NCBI GenBank assembly: GCA_963752595.1
Contig: CAVVYZ010000006.1
Coordinates: forward strand, 11,756-75,755
From: an uncultured delta proteobacterium
GTDB taxonomy: Bacteria > Desulfobacterota > Desulfomonilia > UBA1062
Direction of reading: 5' to 3'
Length of the DNA: 64,000 nucleotides
Of this stretch, positions 1 through 8,262 are shown piece by piece (positions within the stretch are counted from its first letter, which is position 1; every line of letters begins with the position of its first letter). Under the pieces are notes generated by a model that saw only the letters and a program-made list of their open reading frames with translations, had not been told where the DNA came from and searched no databases. Both the position numbers and the translations under genes were made by a program.

Positions 1-851
1 TTCGGGCATCTTCCACTTTTCGGTGTCGTAGCTCTGGTATTACTCTGGATTTTAAATAAGAAAAAATGGCCTGTCACAAACTACAGACTTTATCTGGCTT
101 CCTTTACCGTCACATTGATTCTCGGGATCACTACGGAATTCCTGCAGCGGCTTACGCCTGATCGATACTTCGAAATTTCAGACATGCTTTACGATACGAT
201 CGGGGCTTTCACCTTTCTCACACTTGCATACCCTTCCCTGGGATACATTGGGAGCAAAGTAAGTGCCTATAAGAAGGTCAGTATTCTCGTTATTATTGCA
301 GCCGCCCTTCCCGTTTATCTGTCAGTTTTCGACACCTGGCGCATGAACAGGGATGTTCCGCTGCTCGGTTCTTTTGAAACACGCCTGGAAATGGAACGGT
401 GGTCGGCAAAAACAGCACCTTCAGCCGATCGATGAAGCATGCAGTTCATGGATCGCATTCTCTGGAGGTGCGCCTTCAGCCCGGCCGGTATCCGGGGATT
501 GCACTGGAATATATGTTTGAAGACTGGAGCGGATACGATTCTTTTTCGTTTGATGTGTATCTTGAGGGGAACGGCTCATTGCCTGTCGTTGTCCGGATCA
601 ATGACCTGCTGCATAATCAGATGTTCGACGACCGATTCAATAGGAGGTTTTTACTCAAACCGGGGAACAATCACATCTCGATCAGTTTGAGCGAAGTGAG
701 AAAAGCACCACGGACACGGTCTATGGATATGAGCCGGATAAAGAATATCTGTGTTTTCTCGTATCAACTAAAAGAGACGCGGGTACTGTTTTTTGATAAT
801 TTCAGGCTGGATGGGAAGGGTGATGCTTCGGGGGATGAGGTGCGGGAGTAG
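1..851 (+). CDS. VanZ-like membrane protein with C-terminal carbohydrate-binding-like domain (5'-truncated by window; one frameshift near 410)
   Basis: Frame 1 is open from base 1 (FGHLPLF...TEFLQ...R.FEISDMLYDTIG, VanZ-like). It continues in ORF 399..851 (SLEVRL, DWSGYDSFSFDV, LFFDNFRL, CBM/CIA30-like). Confidence 0.7.
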
Positions 852-859
852 GTAAAGCC

Positions 860-982
860 CCCTCTCCCCATCCCTCTCCCCCGTTTCCGGGGGAGAGGGG
901 GATTTGGAATGGGTGTTCAGAATACCCCGGGCCGTTAAGCTTTAGTCCCCTCGCCCCCTTGGGGAGAGGGACAGGGAGAGGG
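860..982. repeat. Inverted pair of REP-like palindromic repeats, same family as the DUF559-flanking repeats
   Basis: 860..900 CCCTCTCCCCATCCCTCTCCCCCGTTTCCGGGGGAGAGGGG and 945..982 GTCCCCTCGCCCCCTTGGGGAGAGGGACAGGGAGAGGG lie between convergent genes. Confidence 0.9.
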
Positions 983-1001
983 GTGGTCTTTGGATCGGGG
1001 G

Positions 1002-1772
1002 TTATCCCATGATTCTGATCGATACACCTGATGGTGCAGGAAGCGCTGTTCCATTACTGCTGTTCGAACTCGGCATGCCGTCCCATACCTCGTAGTCGTC
1101 GACCTGCCTGGAGAAGGAACCGGGCTCTTCGGCATCTATCGATGGCGCGTGGATGTAATACATCGTGTTGGTCCACTTGCCTCGGCCGAAGGTGTCGTTT
1201 ACTTTCAGCGATCCATCGTACCAGAACTTGCTGACGCCGGTTGAGAACTTTATGTAGAACTCATAATGATGCCACTTACCGTCTACCTGATTCGGGCAGG
1301 TCAGCCATCTGCCGGCAGTAACCATCGAGCCCCGCGACATGGCCGAATAATAAACAGAGTTATTGCTGGACATGGCATAATGAACATAGCTGTCTATGCC
1401 GTCCCAGCGGGGGTAGAAAAATTTGATATTCTCATGAGCATCGGTGCTCCTGAATGTAGGGTAGCGCATCCAGAAGGAGACATACAATTCGTCGGTAGGC
1501 CATGGGTTGTAGATGTCTTTCTTCCAGAGCAGGTTGGCTTCATTCACCGACCCTGATGAAAAACAGTAGCCTTTGCCGTTTCTTCCCACAGCACCGAGAT
1601 TATATTGCGGAGGGGTCATTGGCGCCCAGTTATGTCCATAAACGCCGAATCTGCTGTCCAGAACCTTATCGTCGAAGTTTTCGTAGAAAACACGGTTTGC
1701 TGCGTATCCGTCTGCCTGACAGAGCATGAACACCAGCATGATCATAGTTGTAATCTTTGCTGCGTGAGACAA
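1002..1772 (-). CDS. Secreted protein, putative LamG/polysaccharide-lyase-like beta-jelly-roll domain (paralog 1)
   Basis: Signal peptide; YVSFWMRYP, DGKWHHYEFY, FWYDG and VDD motifs; TTG start with GGAGG RBS; strongly similar to 1937..3049 and 59010..59787. The fold is an inference. Confidence 0.7.
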   Translation of the reverse strand: MSHAAKITTMIMLVFMLCQADGYAANRVFYENFDDKVLDSRFGVYGHNWAPMTPPQYNLGAVGRNGKGYCFSSGSVNEANLLWKKDIYNPWPTDELYVSFWMRYPTFRSTDAHENIKFFYPRWDGIDSYVHYAMSSNNSVYYSAMSRGSMVTAGRWLTCPNQVDGKWHHYEFYIKFSTGVSKFWYDGSLKVNDTFGRGKWTNTMYYIHAPSIDAEEPGSFSRQVDDYEVWDGMPSSNSSNGTALPAPSGVSIRIMG

Positions 1773-1804
1773 AATATTACCTCCAGCTTTTTTTCATTAG
1801 ATCG

Positions 1805-1820
1805 AGCAACAATCATACCA
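1805..1820 (-). promoter_or_regulatory. Sigma54 (-24/-12) promoter
   Basis: Minus strand reads TGGTATGATTGTTGCT (GG-N10-GC), about 30 nt upstream of the start, and is conserved upstream of paralog 2. Confidence 0.7.
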
Positions 1821-1877
1821 TTGGCATTACGGTATATATGCTCTCTTTTATATTCATAATGTGTTGTACCCCATAAT

Positions 1878-1910
1878 AAAAAAGGCCCCCGGGAAACCCG
1901 GAGGCCTTTT
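1878..1910 (-). terminator. Rho-independent terminator
   Basis: Minus strand GGCCTCCGGG-TTT-CCCGGGGGCC followed by T6. Confidence 0.85.
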
Positions 1911-1936
1911 AAAATGCTTATGGTACACTATCTTTG

Positions 1937-3049
1937 CTACATAATGACTCTGATCGATATGGATGACGGGCTTTGAATGGTAGTTGTGCTGCTCCCGGAG
2001 GTACCTGCAGTAAATGAATAACTTTGCGTACCGGTACTATTTCCCTTGATATCCTTTGCGCTTGCGGCAACCTGGACCCTGGACCCATAGGCAAAGTTTG
2101 CAGGCGGATTATAAAACACGGTATAATCTGCGGCAGTCCCGGTAATAGTCGGGGTGACACTGGTTCCGTTAATGGTAACCGCTATAGAAGACCTGTCCAC
2201 ACCGCTTCCTGAATCCTTGATATGGAATGAGATATTCGTGTTTGCAGGGACAGAGGTTGCCCCGACCGCAGGGCTCATGCCGCTGAATGCCGGCGCTGTA
2301 GTGTCGCTGGTAGTCCCGCCGCTTGGAGGAACAGTGCCGGTGCTGCCCGGTATGCCGTCCCATATCTCCAGGTCGTCGACCTGCCGTGAGAAATCTCCCG
2401 GCTCTTCAGCATCTATGGAAGGCGTGGAGATATAGTGCATGGCCCTTGTCCATTTGCCCGTGCCGAAGGTATCATTTACTATGAGCGACCCGTCATACCA
2501 GAATTTGCTGACCCCGGCTGAAAATTTCACATAGAATTCATAGTGGTGCCATTTGCCGTCGGCCTGATTCGGGCAGGTCAGCCATCTGCCGGCAGTAACC
2601 ATCGTGCCATGTGCCATGGCTGAATAATACACGCTGTTATTACTGGACATTGCATAATGTACATACCCCTGTGCATTATCCCAGTGAGGGTAAAACAGCT
2701 TGATGTTTTCATGTGAGTCTGTCTGTCTGAAGGTCGGATAGCGCATCCAGAATGATACATATAAATCATCGGTAGGCCACGGATTCGGGATCTGGTTTCT
2801 CCAGTGCAGATACGCCTCGTTGATTGTACCGGAAGTAAAGCTATAGCCTGCTCCGCTTCTTCCGACGGCATTCAGGTTATATTGCGGCGGGCTCAAGATA
2901 GCCCAGTCATGCCCTATTATCTGAAGCCTGCTGTCCAGCACCTTGTCATCAAAATTTTCATATAATAGGCGGTTTGCCGCATATCCCTCAATCCGACATA
3001 ATAACAAGAGCAGTAGAACCATCGTAGTGAGCTTTATTATGTGAGACAA
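1937..3049 (-). CDS. Secreted jelly-roll-like protein with Ser/Thr/Gly linker and C-terminal Ig-like domain (paralog 2)
   Basis: Same N-terminal domain as paralog 1. DTTAPAFSGMSPA.GAT.VP.NTNISF..D.GSGVD resembles a bacterial Ig-like domain. TTG start at 3049 chosen by alignment with paralog 1 and an AGAGGGGG RBS. Confidence 0.75.
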   Translation of the reverse strand: MSHIIKLTTMVLLLLLLCRIEGYAANRLLYENFDDKVLDSRLQIIGHDWAILSPPQYNLNAVGRSGAGYSFTSGTINEAYLHWRNQIPNPWPTDDLYVSFWMRYPTFRQTDSHENIKLFYPHWDNAQGYVHYAMSSNNSVYYSAMAHGTMVTAGRWLTCPNQADGKWHHYEFYVKFSAGVSKFWYDGSLIVNDTFGTGKWTRAMHYISTPSIDAEEPGDFSRQVDDLEIWDGIPGSTGTVPPSGGTTSDTTAPAFSGMSPAVGATSVPANTNISFHIKDSGSGVDRSSIAVTINGTSVTPTITGTAADYTVFYNPPANFAYGSRVQVAASAKDIKGNSTGTQSYSFTAGTSGSSTTTIQSPSSISIRVIM

Positions 3050-3085
3050 GATTATTCCCCCCTCTGAGTTTTTTAAAACCAATGG

Positions 3086-3101
3086 AGCAACAAACATACC
3101 A
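3086..3101 (-). promoter_or_regulatory. Sigma54 (-24/-12) promoter
   Basis: Minus strand reads TGGTATGTTTGTTGCT (GG-N10-GC); 15 of 16 bases match 1805..1820. Confidence 0.7.
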
Positions 3102-3244
3102 CGCATACTGCGGTGCCATGCGACTATCCGGACTTGCTTACCTTTATCAAACTTTCATTTTATCGATTTTTAGCTGATATCGTTCAGTTATACTCCTGCT
3201 TCGACGTGGTATCTTTGGTAAGACGAAGTGATTTGATAAGAAGC

Positions 3245-3274
3245 AAAAAGGCCCCCGGGAAAATCCGGAGGCCT
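3245..3274 (-). terminator. Rho-independent terminator, near-copy of 1878..1910
   Basis: Minus strand GGCCTCCGGA-TTT-TCCCGGGGGCC followed by T5. Confidence 0.75.
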
Positions 3275-3459
3275 CAATAAATCGCATATGTCCGGCAAAT
3301 ATCTAAAATATCTCGTCGATTAACCAGCTTTCGTAAAAGCTGGTTGAATATCCTCGGCTGTGCCTTATTATTAATTATAATTAACAGCTCTTTCAGCCGG
3401 TTTTCTGCGATTATTGTAACTCATTCGTCAGTATTGTAACAATCTCTTAGATAATCTCA

Positions 3460-5319
3460 TTATTTCAATACTATTGGATTATGTTTTACTGAGGCAGCAT
3501 CCTGCCTCAGTCTCATCTCGAGGGTCAGCATATTCCCGAGCTGGTTATGGTAAAGAAAACGATTCGTCCCGGCATCTTGGTAAAACCTTTCATACTTCTT
3601 GCGATCATAGAGATCTCTGGTCACAAGCGAATCATAGCTGAATGCATCCGAAAATGAATCGACGGCAAAGAGGGATGAAAAATAAGAGGATTGCTGATAG
3701 GCAATTGATTTATCCACGAATATCGTGCGGCCCATGGTCTTTTGCACAAGCTTCCGGATGCCCCTTTTCCCATAGTCTGCAACTAATGGTATGAACTTGT
3801 GCGCGTTCTGAAAACTGATGTTCCGGCATGGCGTTCCATTGAGCATTTTCTGCCCTGAGAGCGGCCAGGAGAGACTCTCAATGATGCTCTTCACAAGCCT
3901 GCCGTTCCTCTTATACCATGGCGGTACAGTCAGGACCGATTCAACGCATCTCTTCATGGTAAGCGGTGTCAGCGCCCCTACTATCTGATTGGAGGAGCTG
4001 ATGGTTCTGCCTGCCCACCTCCTTACCTTCTGCCTGAAATACAGGTTGTCTATCTGGAGCGTATTGTATGAGCGGCTGAGGTCCATATCGGAGATGGATT
4101 TCTGAAATTCATCTTTAAGAATGTTTTTTATATTGGTCATCCCGGGCATAAAATCAGGTGAAAACAGTGAGTAGTCATATTCATACTGGAGCACCCGTGT
4201 ATTGATCAGCCTGTCCAGATTGGCCGGCCTTTTTGAACCGGTTATTTCCTGGATCCACCAGAAATCGCGATATACTTCCCCCCCTAACCCGTTGATCGAA
4301 TATTCATGGCCGTTCGATTTAAAATCCTGTGCCCAGAGGATCGGCGCATAGTTGAATATGTTTTCCTCACCGTCGGTTATGGTAAGGGCCCTTTTTACAT
4401 AATCATAGATTCTCTCATCCCAGTCTTCCGGCAGGGTGAGGTGATTGTTCCTGAATCCAAACGTCTTGCAGTATCCTTCAACCAGGTCCACTTCCCGGGA
4501 TCCATCGGGCCCGAAAACAAAGGTGTGGATGTCCTTCAAGGGTTTGAACATGGAAAAAACGGATACAATCAATCGCGAATCATACCCTGCGGTGAAATCG
4601 CAAATCACGTCTTCTTTTGATAATACTTCAAAAGCCTTGATCAGATTGTTTATGAGTGTATCCCGTGCTTCCTGAAAGGAGATTCTCTCGTGTATCTCCA
4701 CCGGGCTTTGCCAGTATCGTTTTTTCGTTTCTCTCACCTCTTTCGGAGTGATCCGGAATGAGTATATGGATGCAGGATCTAATAGCTCGATTTCATTATA
4801 TATCGTATCAGGTCCATAGACCGTTGCTCCTCGAAGAAACTGGGCAATAGCTTTCTCATTGCGGGTAACCGGATAATTGCGTGAAAGCGCCATGGATGAC
4901 GAGCTGATGGAAAACACCGGTCCTGAGCGATACCGGTACATATTCATGATGCCGGCATGGTCGGTTATTATCCTGAAGCCATTCTCCTTGCGGTTCCTGA
5001 TCAACATGCAAAAAGGTCCGTCGCAGGAATCGACCAGACTCTCGATGGGCTTATCCATGAGATCGCGCTTCAAGAGAGCTATCGCTTTCTCGCCCAGGCT
5101 ATCTTTGTATATCAGCGTGCCCACAACCCATATGTCCGTTTCCTCATGTTTGGCGTTATCCCTGAAGTCTGAATTCTTCCTGGAAAGCTTCGATAGCCGG
5201 AAACTTTTATGCTTTTCATCCCAGTCATTCCTCAAGCCCTTGTGCTTTACAAAAAAATCCAGAGCCTTTTCATGGCTTTTATTAACATTATTACCAATAG
5301 TTATCAGGATACCTGCCAT
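3460..5319 (-). CDS. Asparagine synthetase-like (AsnB-related) amide ligase lacking the N-terminal Cys
   Basis: MAGI start (cf. MCGI), DGPF, TDHAG, and PP-loop DFTAGYDSR; NGLGGEVYR. Confidence 0.75.
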   Translation of the reverse strand: MAGILITIGNNVNKSHEKALDFFVKHKGLRNDWDEKHKSFRLSKLSRKNSDFRDNAKHEETDIWVVGTLIYKDSLGEKAIALLKRDLMDKPIESLVDSCDGPFCMLIRNRKENGFRIITDHAGIMNMYRYRSGPVFSISSSSMALSRNYPVTRNEKAIAQFLRGATVYGPDTIYNEIELLDPASIYSFRITPKEVRETKKRYWQSPVEIHERISFQEARDTLINNLIKAFEVLSKEDVICDFTAGYDSRLIVSVFSMFKPLKDIHTFVFGPDGSREVDLVEGYCKTFGFRNNHLTLPEDWDERIYDYVKRALTITDGEENIFNYAPILWAQDFKSNGHEYSINGLGGEVYRDFWWIQEITGSKRPANLDRLINTRVLQYEYDYSLFSPDFMPGMTNIKNILKDEFQKSISDMDLSRSYNTLQIDNLYFRQKVRRWAGRTISSSNQIVGALTPLTMKRCVESVLTVPPWYKRNGRLVKSIIESLSWPLSGQKMLNGTPCRNISFQNAHKFIPLVADYGKRGIRKLVQKTMGRTIFVDKSIAYQQSSYFSSLFAVDSFSDAFSYDSLVTRDLYDRKKYERFYQDAGTNRFLYHNQLGNMLTLEMRLRQDAASVKHNPIVLK

Positions 5320-5428
5320 TGTTATCCATCCGATCGAATTATTTTTTGTTCATACGACAGATCCATACCTTGCCCACTCAAGGCATCTCCTTATTATTCA
5401 AACACCCACCTCAGCCGGATATATTCAA

Positions 5429-5454
5429 CCCCCTCTCCCACAACCGGGCGAGGG
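5429..5454. repeat. Degenerate REP-like hairpin
   Basis: CCCCCTCTCCCACAACCGGGCGAGGG resembles 5904..5930. Confidence 0.7.
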
Positions 5455-5495
5455 AAAAAGGAAAATTATATTTTAGAATAATAGTTGGGATTAAA

Positions 5496-5534
5496 GTCCC
5501 CTCGCCCGCTTGCGGGAGAGGGACAGGGAGAGGG
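5496..5534 (+). repeat. 39-bp left inverted repeat of the DUF559 cassette
   Basis: GTCCCCTCGCCCGCTTGCGGGAGAGGGACAGGGAGAGGG is the exact reverse complement of 5892..5930. Confidence 0.95.
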
Positions 5535-5535
5535 C

Positions 5536-5886
5536 ATGACCAAACTCCATACCCAATACGCCAAAGAACTGAGGAAGCGATCCACTGATACAGAGCGCCT
5601 TCTGTGGAAGCATCTCCGAGCGAAAAGAATGTTCGGACTGAACTTCAGACGTCAGCATCCAATAGGTAATTACATTGTTGACTTCATCTGTTTTGAGAAA
5701 AAGATCATAATCGAACTCGATGGCGGGCAGCATGCATCTTACAGCGAGAAAGACAAGACTCGCGATTCCCGGCTTGAAGGCCAAGGTTTCCGGATTCTGC
5801 GATTCTGGAATAATGATGTTTTATCCAATACAGAGGGGATTCTGCAGATGATAATGGATGCTTGCTTGGGGGATGAGGGGATTTGA
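5536..5886 (+). CDS. DUF559 (Vsr-like PD-(D/E)xK) endonuclease domain protein
   Basis: AKELRK.STDTE.LLW.HLR, FRRQHPIG.YIVDF, IIELDGGQH, D..RD..L...GFRILRFWN.DV. Confidence 0.93.
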   Translation: MTKLHTQYAKELRKRSTDTERLLWKHLRAKRMFGLNFRRQHPIGNYIVDFICFEKKIIIELDGGQHASYSEKDKTRDSRLEGQGFRILRFWNNDVLSNTEGILQMIMDACLGDEGI

Positions 5887-5891
5887 ATTTA

Positions 5892-5930
5892 CCCTCTCCC
5901 TGTCCCTCTCCCGCAAGCGGGCGAGGGGAC
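5892..5930 (-). repeat. 39-bp right inverted repeat of the DUF559 cassette
   Basis: CCCTCTCCCTGTCCCTCTCCCGCAAGCGGGCGAGGGGAC. Confidence 0.95.
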
Positions 5931-5963
5931 GTTTTGGTCCTGGGTCGGAATAAGGATGGGTCC

Positions 5964-5990
5964 CCCTCTCCCGCAAGCGGGCGAGGGGAC
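5964..5990. repeat. 27-bp direct copy of the repeat's hairpin core
   Basis: Identical to 5904..5930. Confidence 0.9.
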
Positions 5991-6072
5991 TCTAGTATCA
6001 TAGTCCGCAATAATCCAAACATCTATTCTTTTAATTCCTCCCCTCTCCTTCTGCTTCTTTCTTCTGTCTCTT

Positions 6073-6096
6073 CCTCTCCCCTCGTGGGAGAGGGGG
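6073..6096. repeat. Degenerate REP-like hairpin
   Basis: CCTCTCCCCTCGTGGGAGAGGGGG, just downstream of the 6105 stop codon. Confidence 0.7.
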
Positions 6097-6104
6097 TTTT
6101 TGCA

Positions 6105-8198
6105 TCATGTATTTAATAAGCCAAGGTATTTTATCCATTTGAGGGTATTATCGAGCCCTTTATCAACGTGTGTGTCAGGGCAGTAGCTCAGGGTATTTCT
6201 TGCGAGGGTGTCTGAGTACAGTACGTTTCTGGTAAAGAGTTTCAGTTCATCTGGAGCCGGGGTTGTTTTGACTGCATGTTCGAGCTTGCGCATCATTGCG
6301 TCGACGAAATCGATCGTTTCTGCAACCTTTTTCACCGGCTTCAGGAAATATCTCTTTACAAAACCGCCCAGCACCCTCACCGGCTCCATGATGTAGGTCG
6401 TTGCATCGGCTCTGCTGCTCCTGATAGTCTTGAGCGGGGGAAGGTTCATGGCATTGTTCAGCCGCGTAAAGTATTCATTCCACGAGATCACTTCAGGGCC
6501 GTTTATATTGAATGCCCTTCCAAGAGCTTCCTCTTTGTCGAGGGCGTTCATGATCGTTTTTACCAGGTCGTCCACATACACGAGGTTGCATTTTCCATCC
6601 CCATACTTCTCATAGATGCCCCATTCCCGCGCAAGGAACATGGCAGCAAAACGTAAGCACCAGTTATTGCTGTAAGGCCCGTATACTATGGAAGGCCTGA
6701 AGACCGTTATCGGCAGGCCTTTTCCGTGATATTCCCAGCAAACCTTCTCTGCATCGATCTTCATCCGGTTATACTGGTTGCCGGTGTAATGAAACGGATA
6801 CCCCTCATCGATGATACCCGCAACATCGCCGTATACATCTGCGGTGCTGAGATGGATGAAATGCTTGATCCCCTTATTGAGAGAGGCCTCCAGGAGGTTC
6901 CTGGTGCCTTCTACGGTCACCTCGGGAGTGCCTTTTGCACAGTGAACCACATGGGTAATGCCGTCCAGGGCGGCATTGATCCCGCCCTTATCCATGATAT
7001 CAAGGTCAACGATATTCACGGGCAGCCTACCCAACCGGGCCGCTCCGGACCACTGCCTGAGCCCTGCAGTGACGGAATACTGCTTGTTTTGCGCAAGATG
7101 AGCCATCTCGGCAATCCGGCCGCCGATGAACCCCGTTGCACCCGTTACCAGGATATTTCTTTCCGCCTTTAAGCCTTTTTTTGCCTTTCCGTTGGGTGTT
7201 ATCCTGATATTCCTGTCCCAGGGCATGTCGAACCTCTTCCTCTTTTCATAGCACTCGTGGATGAAATCAAGAGAAGCAAGGACCTCTCTGCCGCTGACGA
7301 GCGGCTCCTGTATGCCCTTGAGGACCTGGACGAAGTTATCGAAAACCGGCTGCACAAAGCCGGGATAATTTTTTGAAGGGCTCTTGATCTTCTGCTCATA
7401 GGTTTGGTTCGTTCCGCTCCTTATGGCAAACCTAGTCCACTCGAAGATCTTTCCTTCTATGGTCCCCCTCTCACAGACGACACGATAAGTGTTTTTCAGG
7501 TCGCACAGTCTGTTCAAAGTGACTGCTGCGGCACATCCGCCTTTTTCTGCCCGTATCTTTACGACTGACTCAGGACCTCCATAGGAATCATCGAGATATT
7601 CGATAAGGTCAGGCTTTTCGCCGATCCACCAGCAGAGGGTATCGATGACGTGAGAACCAAGGTCGAGCAATATGCCTTTTGACGAAACCTTCGGATTTAC
7701 ATAAAAGCCCGTAGGGCTCGGCCATCCGAAGGTGCTCCCTTCCTGATAATCGATCTCCAGGATCCTGCCGAGCCGGCCTGATTCAACTATTTCCTTCACT
7801 TTCCGGAAATTCGGGAACATCCTCCTCGTATTGTTGACGCAGAGGGCAGCCTTGTTCTTTTCTGCAGTTTCCACCAATTCCCTGGCTTCACCGGGCAGGA
7901 CGGCCAGAGGCTTTTCGCAAAGCACAGGCACTCCTGCCTGCAAAAAATCCATTGACACCGGGTGGTGCAGACAATGTGGAAGGAGCACGACAGCGCCGTT
8001 TACCTGAGCAATGACATCACGGTAGTTGTCGCTTACCTGCCCGCCGTTCAATTCCTTCCGGAGCATCTCGGCATTGCCGATATTCGTATCTACAAAGAAC
8101 AGTCCTTCCGTGAGTTCGGGGTGGCTTTTCAAGGCCGGCACATAATACCTCCGGGCGACAGTCCCGCAGCCGATAAGTGCAATCTTCGGTAAGATCAT
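6105..8198 (-). CDS. Fusion of Gfo/Idh/MocA oxidoreductase and NAD-dependent epimerase/dehydratase
   Basis: N-half IGCG, VLCEKP, LLDLGSH; C-half VTGATGFIG, HLST..VYG, YNRMK. Confidence 0.9.
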   Translation of the reverse strand: MILPKIALIGCGTVARRYYVPALKSHPELTEGLFFVDTNIGNAEMLRKELNGGQVSDNYRDVIAQVNGAVVLLPHCLHHPVSMDFLQAGVPVLCEKPLAVLPGEARELVETAEKNKAALCVNNTRRMFPNFRKVKEIVESGRLGRILEIDYQEGSTFGWPSPTGFYVNPKVSSKGILLDLGSHVIDTLCWWIGEKPDLIEYLDDSYGGPESVVKIRAEKGGCAAAVTLNRLCDLKNTYRVVCERGTIEGKIFEWTRFAIRSGTNQTYEQKIKSPSKNYPGFVQPVFDNFVQVLKGIQEPLVSGREVLASLDFIHECYEKRKRFDMPWDRNIRITPNGKAKKGLKAERNILVTGATGFIGGRIAEMAHLAQNKQYSVTAGLRQWSGAARLGRLPVNIVDLDIMDKGGINAALDGITHVVHCAKGTPEVTVEGTRNLLEASLNKGIKHFIHLSTADVYGDVAGIIDEGYPFHYTGNQYNRMKIDAEKVCWEYHGKGLPITVFRPSIVYGPYSNNWCLRFAAMFLAREWGIYEKYGDGKCNLVYVDDLVKTIMNALDKEEALGRAFNINGPEVISWNEYFTRLNNAMNLPPLKTIRSSRADATTYIMEPVRVLGGFVKRYFLKPVKKVAETIDFVDAMMRKLEHAVKTTPAPDELKLFTRNVLYSDTLARNTLSYCPDTHVDKGLDNTLKWIKYLGLLNT

Positions 8199-8262
8199 TG
8201 GAATCCTTTCTTTCTTGAGAGATATTTTTATAACAAAAAAGAATTGTACTGGTTTTTGATAA

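Noticed and set aside
5496-5930. Classical IS element
   Set aside because: The enclosed ORF is DUF559, not a DDE or HUH transposase, and no target duplication was seen.
5892-5990. Direct repeats with a spacer as a mini-CRISPR
   Set aside because: Only two copies, part of an inverted REP-like family, and no cas genes in the window.
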